NCBI GenBank assembly: GCA_900234795.1
Contig: LT962688.1
Coordinates: 5,040,001-5,072,000 of the forward strand
Source: Methylorubrum extorquens
Lineage (GTDB): Bacteria > Pseudomonadota > Alphaproteobacteria > Rhizobiales > Beijerinckiaceae
Direction of reading: 5' to 3'
Length of the DNA: 32,000 nt
Shown here: piece after piece, positions 1 to 8,385 of the stretch
How the letters are laid out: every line of letters begins with the position of its first letter
Numbering within the stretch: position 1 is the stretch's first letter
Position numbers and translations under genes: made by a program
Notes under the pieces: model-generated
Databases searched by the model: none
Seen by the model: only the letters and a program-made list of their open reading frames with translations
Told to the model about the DNA's origin: nothing

Positions 1-774
1 GTGGCAGGCGAAGACGCGCAGCGATCCACCATGGGTCGGCCATTCCTCGACATCGAACACCCGCAAGCCGTGCTGGCGCAGGATGCCGATCACCACGCCG
101 AGCGAGAGGTAGGAGAAGTGCTCGTGGTAGATCGTGTCGAACTGCCGTTGCTCGATCATCCGCAGGAGGTGCGGGAACTCGAAGGTCGCCACGCCCTCCG
201 GCTTCAGGATCTCGGCAAAGCCCGCCGCGAAATCGTGGATGTCGGGCACGTGGGCGAGCACGTTGTTGGCCGCCGTCAGATCCGCCTTGTGGCCCGTCGC
301 AGCGAGCCGCCGGGCGGTCTCGCGGCCGAAGAAGGCGACCTCTGTGGGTACGCCGCGCTCGACGGCGACGCGGGCGACGTTGGCCGCCGGCTCGACGCCG
401 AGCACCGGCACGCCACGGGCAACGAAGTATTGCAGCAGGTAGCCGTCGTTGCTGGCGACCTCGACGACTTTGCTATCCGGCCCGAGGCCGAAGCGCGCGA
501 TCATCGCGGCAACGTAGCGTTCGGCGTGGCGCAGCCAGCCGGCGGAGAAACCGGAGAAGTAGGCGTAATCCGAAAAGATCGCCTCGGGGCTCTCGAAGGC
601 TTCGAGTTGCACCAGCCAGCAGGCATCGCAGACATAGGCGTGGAGCGGGTGGAAGACCTCGCCCCGGTGGCGCCGTTCCGGCGTGACGTAGGAATTGGCG
701 AGCGGCGACAGGCCGAGATCGCAGAAGGTCCGGGTGAGGGCGGCGCCGCAGGCGCGGCAGGTCGGGGCGGTCAC
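1..774 (-). CDS. SAM-dependent sugar C-methyltransferase (TylC3-like, N-terminal Zn-ribbon); C-terminus lies outside the window
   Basis: Not in the supplied ORF track because it is open at the window edge. My reverse-complement translation from GTG 774-772 gives VTAPTCRACGAALTRTFCDLGLSPLANSYVTPERRHRGEVFHPLHAYVCDACWLVQLEAFESPEAIFSDYAYFSGFSAGWLRHAERYVAAMIARFGLGPDSKVVEVASNDGYLLQYFVARGVPVLGVEPAANVA...NNVLAHVPDIHDF...FDTIYHEHFSYLS. It has a CxxC...CxxC zinc ribbon plus the SAM motif VVEVASNDG. Its GTG overlaps the rfbG stop (GTGA). It spans exactly 258 codons with no stop. The 1..819 plus-strand ORF is its antisense shadow. Confidence 0.75.
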   Translation of the reverse strand, partial: MTAPTCRACGAALTRTFCDLGLSPLANSYVTPERRHRGEVFHPLHAYVCDACWLVQLEAFESPEAIFSDYAYFSGFSAGWLRHAERYVAAMIARFGLGPDSKVVEVASNDGYLLQYFVARGVPVLGVEPAANVARVAVERGVPTEVAFFGRETARRLAATGHKADLTAANNVLAHVPDIHDFAAGFAEILKPEGVATFEFPHLLRMIEQRQFDTIYHEHFSYLSLGVVIGILRQHGLRVFDVEEWPTHGGSLRVFACH

Positions 775-1877
775 GCTTGGACTCCGGCTTTTGCTCCAGG
801 CTGGCCCAGCGCCTCGTAGCGCGCGATTTCGGCCTCGGCCAGAGCGCGGGGATCGGCGCCGGACGCGGCCGCGCGGTACCAAGCGGCAGTCCAGTCGAGC
901 GCCGTGTCGAGGGTCAGCCGCCGGTCCCAGCCGAGGCGGGCGCGGGCCTTGGAGGCATCGACCTTGAGATAGGTCGCCTCGTGCGGATGGGTCTTCTGCG
1001 AGAGGTGCCAGCCGGCTCCCCCGCCCCAGCCCTGCGCCAGCCGCTCCACGAGGTAAGAGACCGGCCGGCAATCCTCGTCCGCCGGCCCGAGATTCCAGCC
1101 CTCCGCGAAGGCGGCGCCGTCGTCGCCCGCGAGGCATTCGGCGAGCCGCAGGTAGCCGGCCAGCGGTTCCAGCACGTGCTGCCACGGGCGGATCGCGTGC
1201 GGCGCGCGGATCTCGACCGAGTCCCCGGCCCCGAAGGCGCGCACGATATCGGGGATTAGCCGGTCGAGGGACCAGTCGCCGCCGCCGATGACGTTGCCGG
1301 CCCGCGCGCTGGCGATCCGCGCCGGATGGCCGCCTGCGCCGAAGAACGAGGCGCGGTAGGCGCTCGTCACGAGTTCGGCACAGCCCTTCGAGGCGCTGTA
1401 GGGATCGCGCCCGCCCATCGCCTCGGTCTCGCGATAGGCATAGGGCCATTCGCGGTTCTCGTAGGCCTTGTCGCTCGTCACGACGACGACGGCGCGCACG
1501 CTCGGGGCCAACCGCACCGCTTCCAGCAGGTGGACACTGCCCATGGTATTGACCGCGAACGTCCCCACTGGATCGGTATAGGAGGGCCGCACCAGGGCCT
1601 GCGCCGCCATGTGGATCACGATCTCCGGCTCGGCAGCCGCCACGGCCGCGGCGAGCGCCGGCAGGTCGCGGATGTCGCCGATACGCGAGTCCTCGGACGG
1701 GAATGCGATCGCCTTGAACAGGTTCGGCCGCGTCTCAGGGGGAAGGGCGAAGCCGGTGACGCGGGCGCCGAGGCGTGCGAGCCACAGGCTCAGCCACGCG
1801 CCCTTGAAGCCGGTATGCCCGGTGAGCAGCACGCGCTTGCCCGCCCAGAAGGCGGGATCGGGGTTGAGCGCACCCAT
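771..1877 (-). CDS. rfbG: CDP-glucose 4,6-dehydratase
   Basis: Track ORF 771..2030. The likely start is the internal ATG at 1877 (MGALNPDPAFWAGKRVLLTGHTGFKGAWLSLWL...), which overlaps the rfbF stop as ATGA. It has the Rossmann motif TGHTGFKG and the YSASK catalytic motif typical of RfbG/DdhB. About 368 aa. Confidence 0.9.
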   Translation of the reverse strand: MGALNPDPAFWAGKRVLLTGHTGFKGAWLSLWLARLGARVTGFALPPETRPNLFKAIAFPSEDSRIGDIRDLPALAAAVAAAEPEIVIHMAAQALVRPSYTDPVGTFAVNTMGSVHLLEAVRLAPSVRAVVVVTSDKAYENREWPYAYRETEAMGGRDPYSASKGCAELVTSAYRASFFGAGGHPARIASARAGNVIGGGDWSLDRLIPDIVRAFGAGDSVEIRAPHAIRPWQHVLEPLAGYLRLAECLAGDDGAAFAEGWNLGPADEDCRPVSYLVERLAQGWGGGAGWHLSQKTHPHEATYLKVDASKARARLGWDRRLTLDTALDWTAAWYRAAASGADPRALAEAEIARYEALGQPGAKAGVQA

Positions 1878-2644
1878 CACCACACCTTCCAGGGCGCATC
1901 GCCGCGGGCCCAGAGTTCTTCGAGGTGCTTCTTGTCGCGCAGCGTGTCCATCGCCTGCCAGAAGCCGTGATGATGGTAGGCGTGGAGCTGGCCGTCGCGG
2001 GCGAGGCTTTCCAGCGGGCCGCTCTCCCACACGGTGGCGTCGCCCTCGATCCGGTCGAGCACCTTCGGCGAGAGCACGAAGAAGCCGCCATTGATGGTTG
2101 CGCCGTCGCCGGCCGGCTTCTCGCGGAAGCTGCGCACCGCGTCGCCCGCGAGGTCGAGCGCGCCGAAGCGGCCCGGCGGCACCACCGCCGTCAGCGTCGC
2201 GAGCCGGCCGTGCGCCCGGTGGAAGGCGGCGAGCCGCGTGAGGTCGATATCGGCGACGCCGTCGCCGTAGGTCATGAAGAAATCGTCGTCGCCGAGATAG
2301 TCGCGCACCCGCTTGAGGCGCCCGCCGGTCATGGTGGCGTCGCCGGTCTCGATCAGCGAGACCTTCCAGTCCTCGGCCGCCGAGCGGTGGAACTGGACGT
2401 CGCCCCGGCCGAGATCGAGGGTGACGTCGCTCAAGTGCAAGCGGTAATTGAGGAAAAACTCCTTGATGACGTAGCCCTTGTAGCCGAGGCAGATCACGAA
2501 CTCGGTCACGCCGTGGGCGGCGAAGATCTGCATGATGTGCCAGAGGATCGGCCGTCCGCCGATCTCCAGCATCGGCTTGGGGCGCACCACGGTCTCCTCC
2601 GAGAGCCGCGTGCCGAGCCCGCCCGCGAGGATCACGGCCTTCAC
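1877..2644 (-). CDS. rfbF: glucose-1-phosphate cytidylyltransferase
   Basis: The 255-aa ORF MKAVILAGGLGTRLSEETVVRPKPMLEIGGRPILWHIMQIF...HHGFWQAMDTLRDKKHLEELW is a near-canonical RfbF/DdhA sequence. It has a GTG start with a GGAG about 8 nt upstream. Confidence 0.92.
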   Translation of the reverse strand: MKAVILAGGLGTRLSEETVVRPKPMLEIGGRPILWHIMQIFAAHGVTEFVICLGYKGYVIKEFFLNYRLHLSDVTLDLGRGDVQFHRSAAEDWKVSLIETGDATMTGGRLKRVRDYLGDDDFFMTYGDGVADIDLTRLAAFHRAHGRLATLTAVVPPGRFGALDLAGDAVRSFREKPAGDGATINGGFFVLSPKVLDRIEGDATVWESGPLESLARDGQLHAYHHHGFWQAMDTLRDKKHLEELWARGDAPWKVW

Positions 2645-2675
2645 AGGTGGTCTCCGGGTCTGTCTGTCGTCGTCA

Positions 2676-4855
2676 TCATCGCCACGCCTGTACCATGCGC
2701 TGCCGTGCTGCCGGAAACCGCTCGGCGTCGAGGGTGAAGGCGGGCGGGCGGATGCCGAACGGGTCCGGGTAGTACGGATCGCGGGCGAGCCGCGCGCCCC
2801 AGCGCTTGCGGAAGCGGGCCTGCTCGGCGGGATCGACGGTGGGGATGCGGTTGCGGCTTTCGTAATGGTGCAGGCTCGCCTCCGCGCAATAGACCGTGCG
2901 CAGGCTTCGCTCGCCGAGCCGCAGGCAGAGGTCGATGTCGTTGTAATTGATGGCGTATCCCCTCATCGAAGCCCTGAATGGCTTCGAAATCCGCCCGCCG
3001 CACCATCACGCAGGCGCCGGTCACGGCGAGAGTGTTGCGGTTGGCCAGGCTCGAGCCGTGATACCCGGCGTCGTCACCGGGGGAAGCCACGGCGGACATG
3101 GTCCGGCAGGCCCTCGCCGAAGACCACGCCGGCATGCTGAAGGCTGCCGTCCTCGAACAAGAGCTTGGGGCCGACTGCACCGACGCCGGGGATGGCGAGC
3201 TGCACCAGCATCGCCTCGATCCAATCCGGCGTGACGACGCTGATATCGTCGTTGAGAAAGACCAGAACCTCGCCGCCCGCCGCCCTTGCGCCAAGATTCA
3301 TTTTGGCGGCGACGTTGAAGACCGGCTTGTCCCAGGTGACGGTGCGCGCGCCGAACCGCTCGACGGCGGCCCGCGTCTGCGGGCGCAGGTCGCCGTTATC
3401 CACTGCCATGATCTCGATGTTGTCGTAAGTGCCGGTCTCGCGGATGCTGGCGAGGCAGGCGGCGAGCAGATCGACCGTGCGCCCGCCGATGAGGCTGTCG
3501 CGCCCGGCGGTCGGGATCACCAGGGAGACGAGGGGGCGCGTCGCGAGTGCGCGGCGCAGGGCAAAATGTGAGGCGCTGAGCACGCGAATGGCATCGAGCC
3601 CGCCGGTGCGCCGGGCGCGTCCGGCCAACGCGCGGGCGGCAGCCTCCGGGTCGGACGCGGCGGCGCGGCGATGGCAGAGCACCTGCGCGACGTGGCCGAC
3701 GCGCTCGCTCCGCTCGGTCACGCGGAGCGCGAGGTCGTAATCGGCCGCGCCCTCGCTCTCGCCCGGAAAGCCGCCGGCCGCCCGAACCCCGGCGGTGCGG
3801 TAGAGGGCAAGCCCGCCGATGTAGAAGCTGCTCTCCAGCGTCTCGGGCGACCAGTCCGGCTTGAAATAGGGATCGCAGCGCTCGCCCGCCGGCCCGATCC
3901 GGTCCTCATCCGTGTAGAGCAGGTCGAGATCGGGCTCGCGGGCGAGCCGCCGGACGAGGGCGAGAAGCGCCTGCGGCGCGAGCCGGGCGCCGGGCTCCAT
4001 CGTGGCGAGATAGGGGCCGCGCGCTTGCGCCAGCGCCGCATCGAGGGAAGCCGCTTTGCCGTGTCCGGACGGCAGCAGACGAATGCGGCCGTCCTCCGCC
4101 GCCAGCGCGTCGAGCGCGGCCGATGGCGCCGCTGCGAGGCACAATTCCCAATCCGGGTAGACCTGCGCCCGCAGGCTCGCGACCGTCTCCCCGAGCTGGA
4201 CCGGATCGTCGCCGCCCGCCATGAGGAGGGAGATCAACGGGCGCTCCGACAGGGTTCCGAGCTGCGCGCGCATCGTCTCGATGGAGGGCAGGGCCTTAGC
4301 CTCCACCGCCTGAATCCAGGCGGCGTAGCTGGCGGGCGGACGGTGGGTCTGGGCGGCGCGGGTGAGGCGGCGCCAGATTTCGCCGGGCGGCACGCTGCGC
4401 AGGAGGCCGACGGCGCGGCGCAGGAGGCGCAGCGGCCGACGCTCCTGCGGCGGCAACTGTTCGATGATCTTTTGGGCGGACAGGAGGGCCGCCTCGATCC
4501 GGCCCGCCGGCGCGATCCGCACCCCGTCGAGGCGGAAGCGCGGGCCTGCCTCGGCGGCTTCCAGGCGCAGCGCGCGTGTGCCGCGCGGCAGGCGGATCAG
4601 GTCATCGGTGCCGTCCGCCCGCACGGTGAGCCGGTAGCGGCGCGGCTCGGCCTCGCCCCGCGTCTCGACCGCGAGCACCGGCCGCACCGAATCCGGTCGG
4701 CAGCGGATGCGGATGCGCTGGCCCGACAGGGCCGACACGGCGTCCGCCGGGCCGAGCGCGAAGACGGGATCGGGGCCGGTCGCGCTCCAGGCGTCGTCCG
4801 CACAACGGCGCAGGTCGCGCAGGGGATAGAGGCCGAGCGCCTCACGGCGCTTCAT
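2676..4855 (-). pseudogene. large tandem family-2 glycosyltransferase (N-terminal unknown region plus two GT-A domains), reading frame broken twice
   Basis: The protein runs through three track ORFs. These are 3074..4975 (...VSLVIPTAGR...AVDNG...FLNDD...HAGVVFGEGLPDHVRRGFPR*), a segment of 2641..3294 (SPGDDAGYHGSSLANRNTLAVTGACVMVRRADFEAIQGFDEG) and 2676..2966 (YAINYNDIDLCLRLGERSLRTVYCAEASLHHYESRNR...). The breaks fall at G5 3079-3083 and C4 2959-2962. The length of 2180 nt is 3n+2. The start is taken at ATG 4855 (MKRREALG); the TTG at 4975 is an alternative. Confidence 0.7.
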
Positions 4856-5101
4856 GGAAACAGCCCGTCGTCTCGGTTCCGGTGGAAGCTCATGCGGCGC
4901 GGGAATCCACGAAATCGGCCGCGCCGTGAAGCGGTTTCTTGCAAAAGCGGTGTGTTGTCGGCCCTGTGTCGGCAAAGCGAAGGGTTTCTGTCATCGAAGT
5001 TTCATCGCCGGTCGGCAGATGCTTGCCCTGCGGGCCGCCCAGAGGGCACTCTTTCCGGGCAGCGTTCAGGAGCCCGCACGTCCGTGAAGGGAAACCGGAT
5101 C

Positions 5102-5743
5102 ATGTCGGCGGCAAACGAAGTGGTCGCCGTGGCGGCACACGGCGAAGCTCCCGCTCAGTCGGGCGGCCGAAGCGCGGCAAAGGACAAGGCGGGCAAGACC
5201 GTCAAGCGGCTGCGCCCCCCGGCGGCCAAGAGCGTCGGCTGGGCGCTGGTCCAGGCGGCGCGGCTGCACCGCGCCCGGATCGGCGACCGGCTCGCCGAAC
5301 TCGACCTGTTCGCTGGCCAGGAGCAGGTGGTGCAGGCGCTGGCGGCGGCCGGAAGCATGACCATGGGCGATCTCGCCGCGACCCTGCGGGTGCGCCCGCC
5401 GACCGCCTCCAAGACGATCTCGCGGCTCGCCGCCCTCGGCTTCGTCGAACGCCGGGCCGAAGCCGGCGACGGCCGCATCGTGCGCGTGCGCCTTACCGAG
5501 ACGGGCTTTGCCAAGGCCGCCGCGATCGAGCGAATCTGGGACGAGGTCGAGGCCGAGCTGCTCGAAGACTTCGACAACAAGGAGCGCCGCCGCCTGCGCA
5601 AGCTCTTGCGCCGCGTCGCCCGCAGCCTCGCGGGAGCCGCGGGTGTGACCGGCCACGAAGAGGCCGATGCCGAGATCGACGGCGAGGCCGACGACGAGGA
5701 CGAGGCTTTGCTGCCTCCGGGCGCGACGAGCGCGGTCGTCTGA
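5102..5743 (+). CDS. MarR-family transcriptional regulator with acidic C-terminal tail
   Basis: This is the C-terminal part of track ORF 3671..5743, starting at ATG 5102 (MSAANEVV...). It has the winged-HTH core LFAGQEQVVQALAAAGSMTMGDLAATLRVRPPTASKTISRLAALGFVERRAEAGDGRIVRVRLTETG. The tail is EEADAEIDGEADDEDE. The upstream part of the track ORF is antisense to the GT2 gene. Confidence 0.8.
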   Translation: MSAANEVVAVAAHGEAPAQSGGRSAAKDKAGKTVKRLRPPAAKSVGWALVQAARLHRARIGDRLAELDLFAGQEQVVQALAAAGSMTMGDLAATLRVRPPTASKTISRLAALGFVERRAEAGDGRIVRVRLTETGFAKAAAIERIWDEVEAELLEDFDNKERRRLRKLLRRVARSLAGAAGVTGHEEADAEIDGEADDEDEALLPPGATSAVV

Positions 5744-5860
5744 TCCTGAGGCGAAGCCGGCAGCGCGCAGCCCCTATCGAGAGGGGCCGCCTCGCCAAGT
5801 GTCGTGTGGCCAGCCGATTCTTGAGATTCGGCGTCCGGGGCGATGCGCTCGCCTGACCGG

Positions 5861-6187
5861 TCAGGCCCGCCCGGCGGGCACCATGTCGGCGAGATCCAGC
5901 TGGGCCGGGCGGGAGAGGGCGGCGGCCAGCATCGCTTCCAGGACGATGAGGTCGGTTTCCGGGTCGGGCTCCCAGCCGCAGGGGCAGTGCCCGTCGGGAT
6001 CGTGCGCGGCGGCCACCTGCCGGTAGAGCGTGCCGACGGTACGCGCTGCGGCTTCAAGAGCGGCCATGACATGCATCGGCTCGCGCTGAAGTGCCTGCCA
6101 GAACGCGGTCGTGAGCGCCCGCTCCAGCGTGCCCTGCGCGTGCCGCTCCGCCGCGTCGGGTGGAGCCGTGACGAGGCCGGCGCTCAT
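5861..6187 (-). CDS. hypothetical protein (108 aa), second gene of a coupled pair
   Basis: Uses the internal ATG at 6187 of track ORF 5861..6463 (MSAGLVTAPPDAAERHAQGTLERALTTAFWQALQREPMHVMAALEAAARTVGTLYRQVAAAHDPDGHCPCGWEPDPETDLIVLEAMLAAALSRPAQLDLADMVPAGRA). Third-codon positions are about 90% G/C by my count. An ATGA overlap joins it to the upstream gene. I recognise no family. Confidence 0.5.
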   Translation of the reverse strand: MSAGLVTAPPDAAERHAQGTLERALTTAFWQALQREPMHVMAALEAAARTVGTLYRQVAAAHDPDGHCPCGWEPDPETDLIVLEAMLAAALSRPAQLDLADMVPAGRA

Positions 6188-6459
6188 GCCTGCACCTGCG
6201 CCCGCGCTTCGACCGGGATCAGCCGCGGCGGTGTCGCGTCGCCCGGCTCCAACCCGACCAGGGATTCGAGGCCACCCCGGCTCAGGCCGAGTGAGGAGCC
6301 GTCCCACCACGCGAGCCGCACGGATTCGAGCACCGCGTCGAGGGCCGCGAGCAGACCAGCCAAGCCGCCGGAGCCGTCGCGGACCGAGGACAGCGTATCG
6401 GCCCGCGAGGGCCACGCGCTGACGTGAGAAGCGTTCGGGAATGTCAGAATGTGCGCCAT
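6184..6459 (-). CDS. hypothetical protein (91 aa), first gene of a coupled pair
   Basis: Uses ATG 6459 within track ORF 6184..6495 (MAHILTFPNASHVSAWPSRADTLSSVRDGSGGLAGLLAALDAVLESVRLAWWDGSSLGLSRGGLESLVGLEPGDATPPRLIPVEARAQVQA). It has high GC3 and a GGAG 13 nt upstream. It is preceded by an unusually AT-rich stretch of about 140 bp. I recognise no family. Confidence 0.5.
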   Translation of the reverse strand: MAHILTFPNASHVSAWPSRADTLSSVRDGSGGLAGLLAALDAVLESVRLAWWDGSSLGLSRGGLESLVGLEPGDATPPRLIPVEARAQVQA

Positions 6460-6627
6460 GCATTCATCATGGCTCCATCTGTCGATATTGCGCAAGCGAT
6501 CTTCAAAACATTGGAAATGCTTTAATCGAGCTCTGTTTCGAAGCTTTGCACTATTGATTTAGAACAATTCAACCCGCCTCAAAAAATCACGGCGGCATCT
6601 CGGTTTGGCCGGGCCGGACGGCGTCGA

Positions 6628-7304
6628 TCAGCGGACGGGCCGGTCGAAGGCCGTGTCGGTGTAGGGCTCGCCCTTGAGGGTGAAGTGCCACCATTCCTGC
6701 GCGTAGGGCACGAAGCCGGCGCGAATCATCGCGTCGCGCAGGCGGTGACGGTTGCGCGACTGGATCGGGCTGACGCCGGGAAAATCCGTTGCCGAGGACG
6801 GGTCGAACAGGTCGAACGGCGTGCCCATGTCGAGTTCGACGCCGTCGGCGCTGCGCACCAGCGTCAGGTCCACGGTGGAGCCGCGGGAATGCGACGAGCG
6901 CTCAGCGATGTAGCCGAGGCGGAACAGATCCGCCTTGTCCGTCCGCGGGTAGTAGGCCGCCTTCATGCGTGTGTCGGCCGGGTCGCGCGCCCAGGTGGCG
7001 AAGTCGGCCACGGCCTGGCGCGGGCGGTAGCAATCGAACACCTTCAGGCCGAGGCCGTCCGGCGCCAGCGACGCCTGCACCCGGGCCAGCGCGCCGGCGG
7101 CCTGCGGGGGTGAGCAGGCAGCGCGGTGCCTCGTAGCCGGCGATGGGCCGGCCGACGAAGTTGTCGGAGCCGGCATAGCGCATGTCGAGCGCGAGCCCCG
7201 GCACGTGCCGGGCGGCATCGACGAAGGGGATCAGTCTCCGCCTCGGCGGGCTGAGACGCGGCGAGGGCGAAGCCCGTCAGTGCGACGCGCATCAAGCCCG
7301 CCAT
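6628..7304 (-). pseudogene. ddpX: secreted VanX/DdpX-type D-Ala-D-Ala dipeptidase (peptidase M15D), reading frame broken twice
   Basis: Three frames are involved. Track ORF 7044..7304 gives the signal peptide MAGLMRVALTGFALAASQPAEAETD. The frame of 6902..7204 gives IPFVDAARHVPGLALDMRYAGSDNFVGRPIAGYEAPRCLLT. Track ORF 6628..7218 gives PQAAGALARVQASLAPDGLGLKVFDCYRPRQAV...ERSSHSRGSTVDLTL...WWHFTL. The breaks fall at G4 7226-7229 and G5 7106-7110. The length of 677 nt is 3n+2. Confidence 0.7.
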
Positions 7305-7729
7305 GCCAGCAGCCCCGCGCCCGCCGCGATCAGCCCGACGCCGAGCCAGTGATGGGGCGCGAGGCGCTCGCCGAGGAAGAGGACGCCGAACACGGCCACC
7401 AGCACGACGCTCAGCTTGTCCAGCGGCGCCACGCGGCCGGCATCACCCAGCGCGAGCGCCCGGAAGTAGCAGAGCCAGGACGCGCCGGTGGCGAGCCCCG
7501 ACAGGATCAGAAAGACGAGATTTCGGCCGGAGACGCGGCCCAGCTCCTGCGCCTGTCCGGACGCGGCGAGGATCGCCCCGGCGAGCGCCAGCACGACAAG
7601 CGTTCGAATGAAGGTCGCCACATCCGGCGCAACGCCGTCGATGCCGACCTTGGCGAGGATTGCCGTGGCGGCGGCGAACCCGGCGGAGAGCAGGGCCCAG
7701 AACCGCCACGACAGGAGCCATTCGCTCAC
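7292..7729 (-). CDS. small EamA-domain (DMT superfamily) membrane protein
   Basis: Uses GTG 7729 inside track ORF 7292..8014, preceded by AGGAGG 5-6 nt upstream and lying 11 nt after the crcB stop. The 145-aa sequence VSEWLLSWRFWALLSAGFAAATAILAKVGIDGV...LGERLAPHHWLGVGLIAAGAGLLAWRA is hydrophobic with about 4-5 TM segments and a single EamA-like repeat. Confidence 0.7.
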   Translation of the reverse strand: MSEWLLSWRFWALLSAGFAAATAILAKVGIDGVAPDVATFIRTLVVLALAGAILAASGQAQELGRVSGRNLVFLILSGLATGASWLCYFRALALGDAGRVAPLDKLSVVLVAVFGVLFLGERLAPHHWLGVGLIAAGAGLLAWRA

Positions 7730-7740
7730 CGCTTCCTCCT

Positions 7741-8109
7741 TCACAGGGCGTGGCGCATCACGATCAGGGCCAGGGCCAGCCCGCCGACGCCCGCCAGCAC
7801 CGAGACGAGCACGTAGGCGAGCGCCGCCAACCCGTCGCCGCGCTCCATGAGGGTGAAGGCTTCGAGGGAAAAGGTCGAGAAGGTGGTGAAGCCGCCCAGG
7901 ATTCCGGTGGCCACGAACAGCCGCGCCTGGGGCGGCCCGCCGCGCGCGGCCAGCCAGCCGGTGACGATCCCCATCAGCACCGATCCGGCGACGTTGATGC
8001 CGAGCGTGCCCCACGGAAAGCTCGCCCCGAGCCGCACGGCCCAGGCGTTGACGCCGTGGCGCATGACACCGCCGAGGCCGGCACCGAGGAAAACGAGAAG
8101 GGTGTTCAA
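7741..8109 (-). CDS. crcB: fluoride ion channel CrcB/FluC
   Basis: Track ORF 7741..8154. It contains LLVFLGAGLGGVMRHGVN...GTLGINVAGSVLMGIV...GILGGFTTFSTFSLE, the CrcB signature. Only TTG starts are available (8109 or 8154). I chose 8109 because it gives the family-typical length of about 122 aa. Neither start has a clear SD. Confidence 0.85.
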   Translation of the reverse strand: MNTLLVFLGAGLGGVMRHGVNAWAVRLGASFPWGTLGINVAGSVLMGIVTGWLAARGGPPQARLFVATGILGGFTTFSTFSLEAFTLMERGDGLAALAYVLVSVLAGVGGLALALIVMRHAL

Positions 8110-8325
8110 GGCTGAAGGCTCGGGATGAAACGCCGTTACGGCGCGGGCTTGCAAGGCGCGTGCAGATCTAGCGCATCGAGCGGACGGAGGCGTGCATCAT
8201 CCGAAGCCGTTGCGTTGTGCAACGACGGTTCGAGCTACGCTTGGCTTTCATCATGAGCGTCAGTGAGGCGATCCGGACAAGGCGACGGCAACAGGTCTGG
8301 CACGGGCCGTTGGAGCCGGCCCTTC

Positions 8326-8368
8326 AAGAGAAAGCCCCGCCGGCACTGGACCGACGGGGCTTTTGTTT
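8326..8368 (-). terminator. bidirectional rho-independent terminator after the molybdenum hydroxylase operon
   Basis: The stem GCCCCGCCGG (8334-8343) pairs with CCGACGGGGC (8351-8360) around a 7-nt loop. On the minus strand it is followed by UUUCUCUU and on the plus strand by UUUUGUUU. It lies 25 nt past the stop at 8386. Confidence 0.75.
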
Positions 8369-8385
8369 CGAGCCGACGGGGTGGT

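Noticed and set aside
5744-5790. Possible third, partial copy of repeat family A (GATCCTGAGGCGAAGC after the marR stop).
   Set aside because: Only about 8-10 nt (TCCTGAGG..GAAGC) match. There is no partner arm or inner CCTCGAAGG repeat, so this is probably chance.
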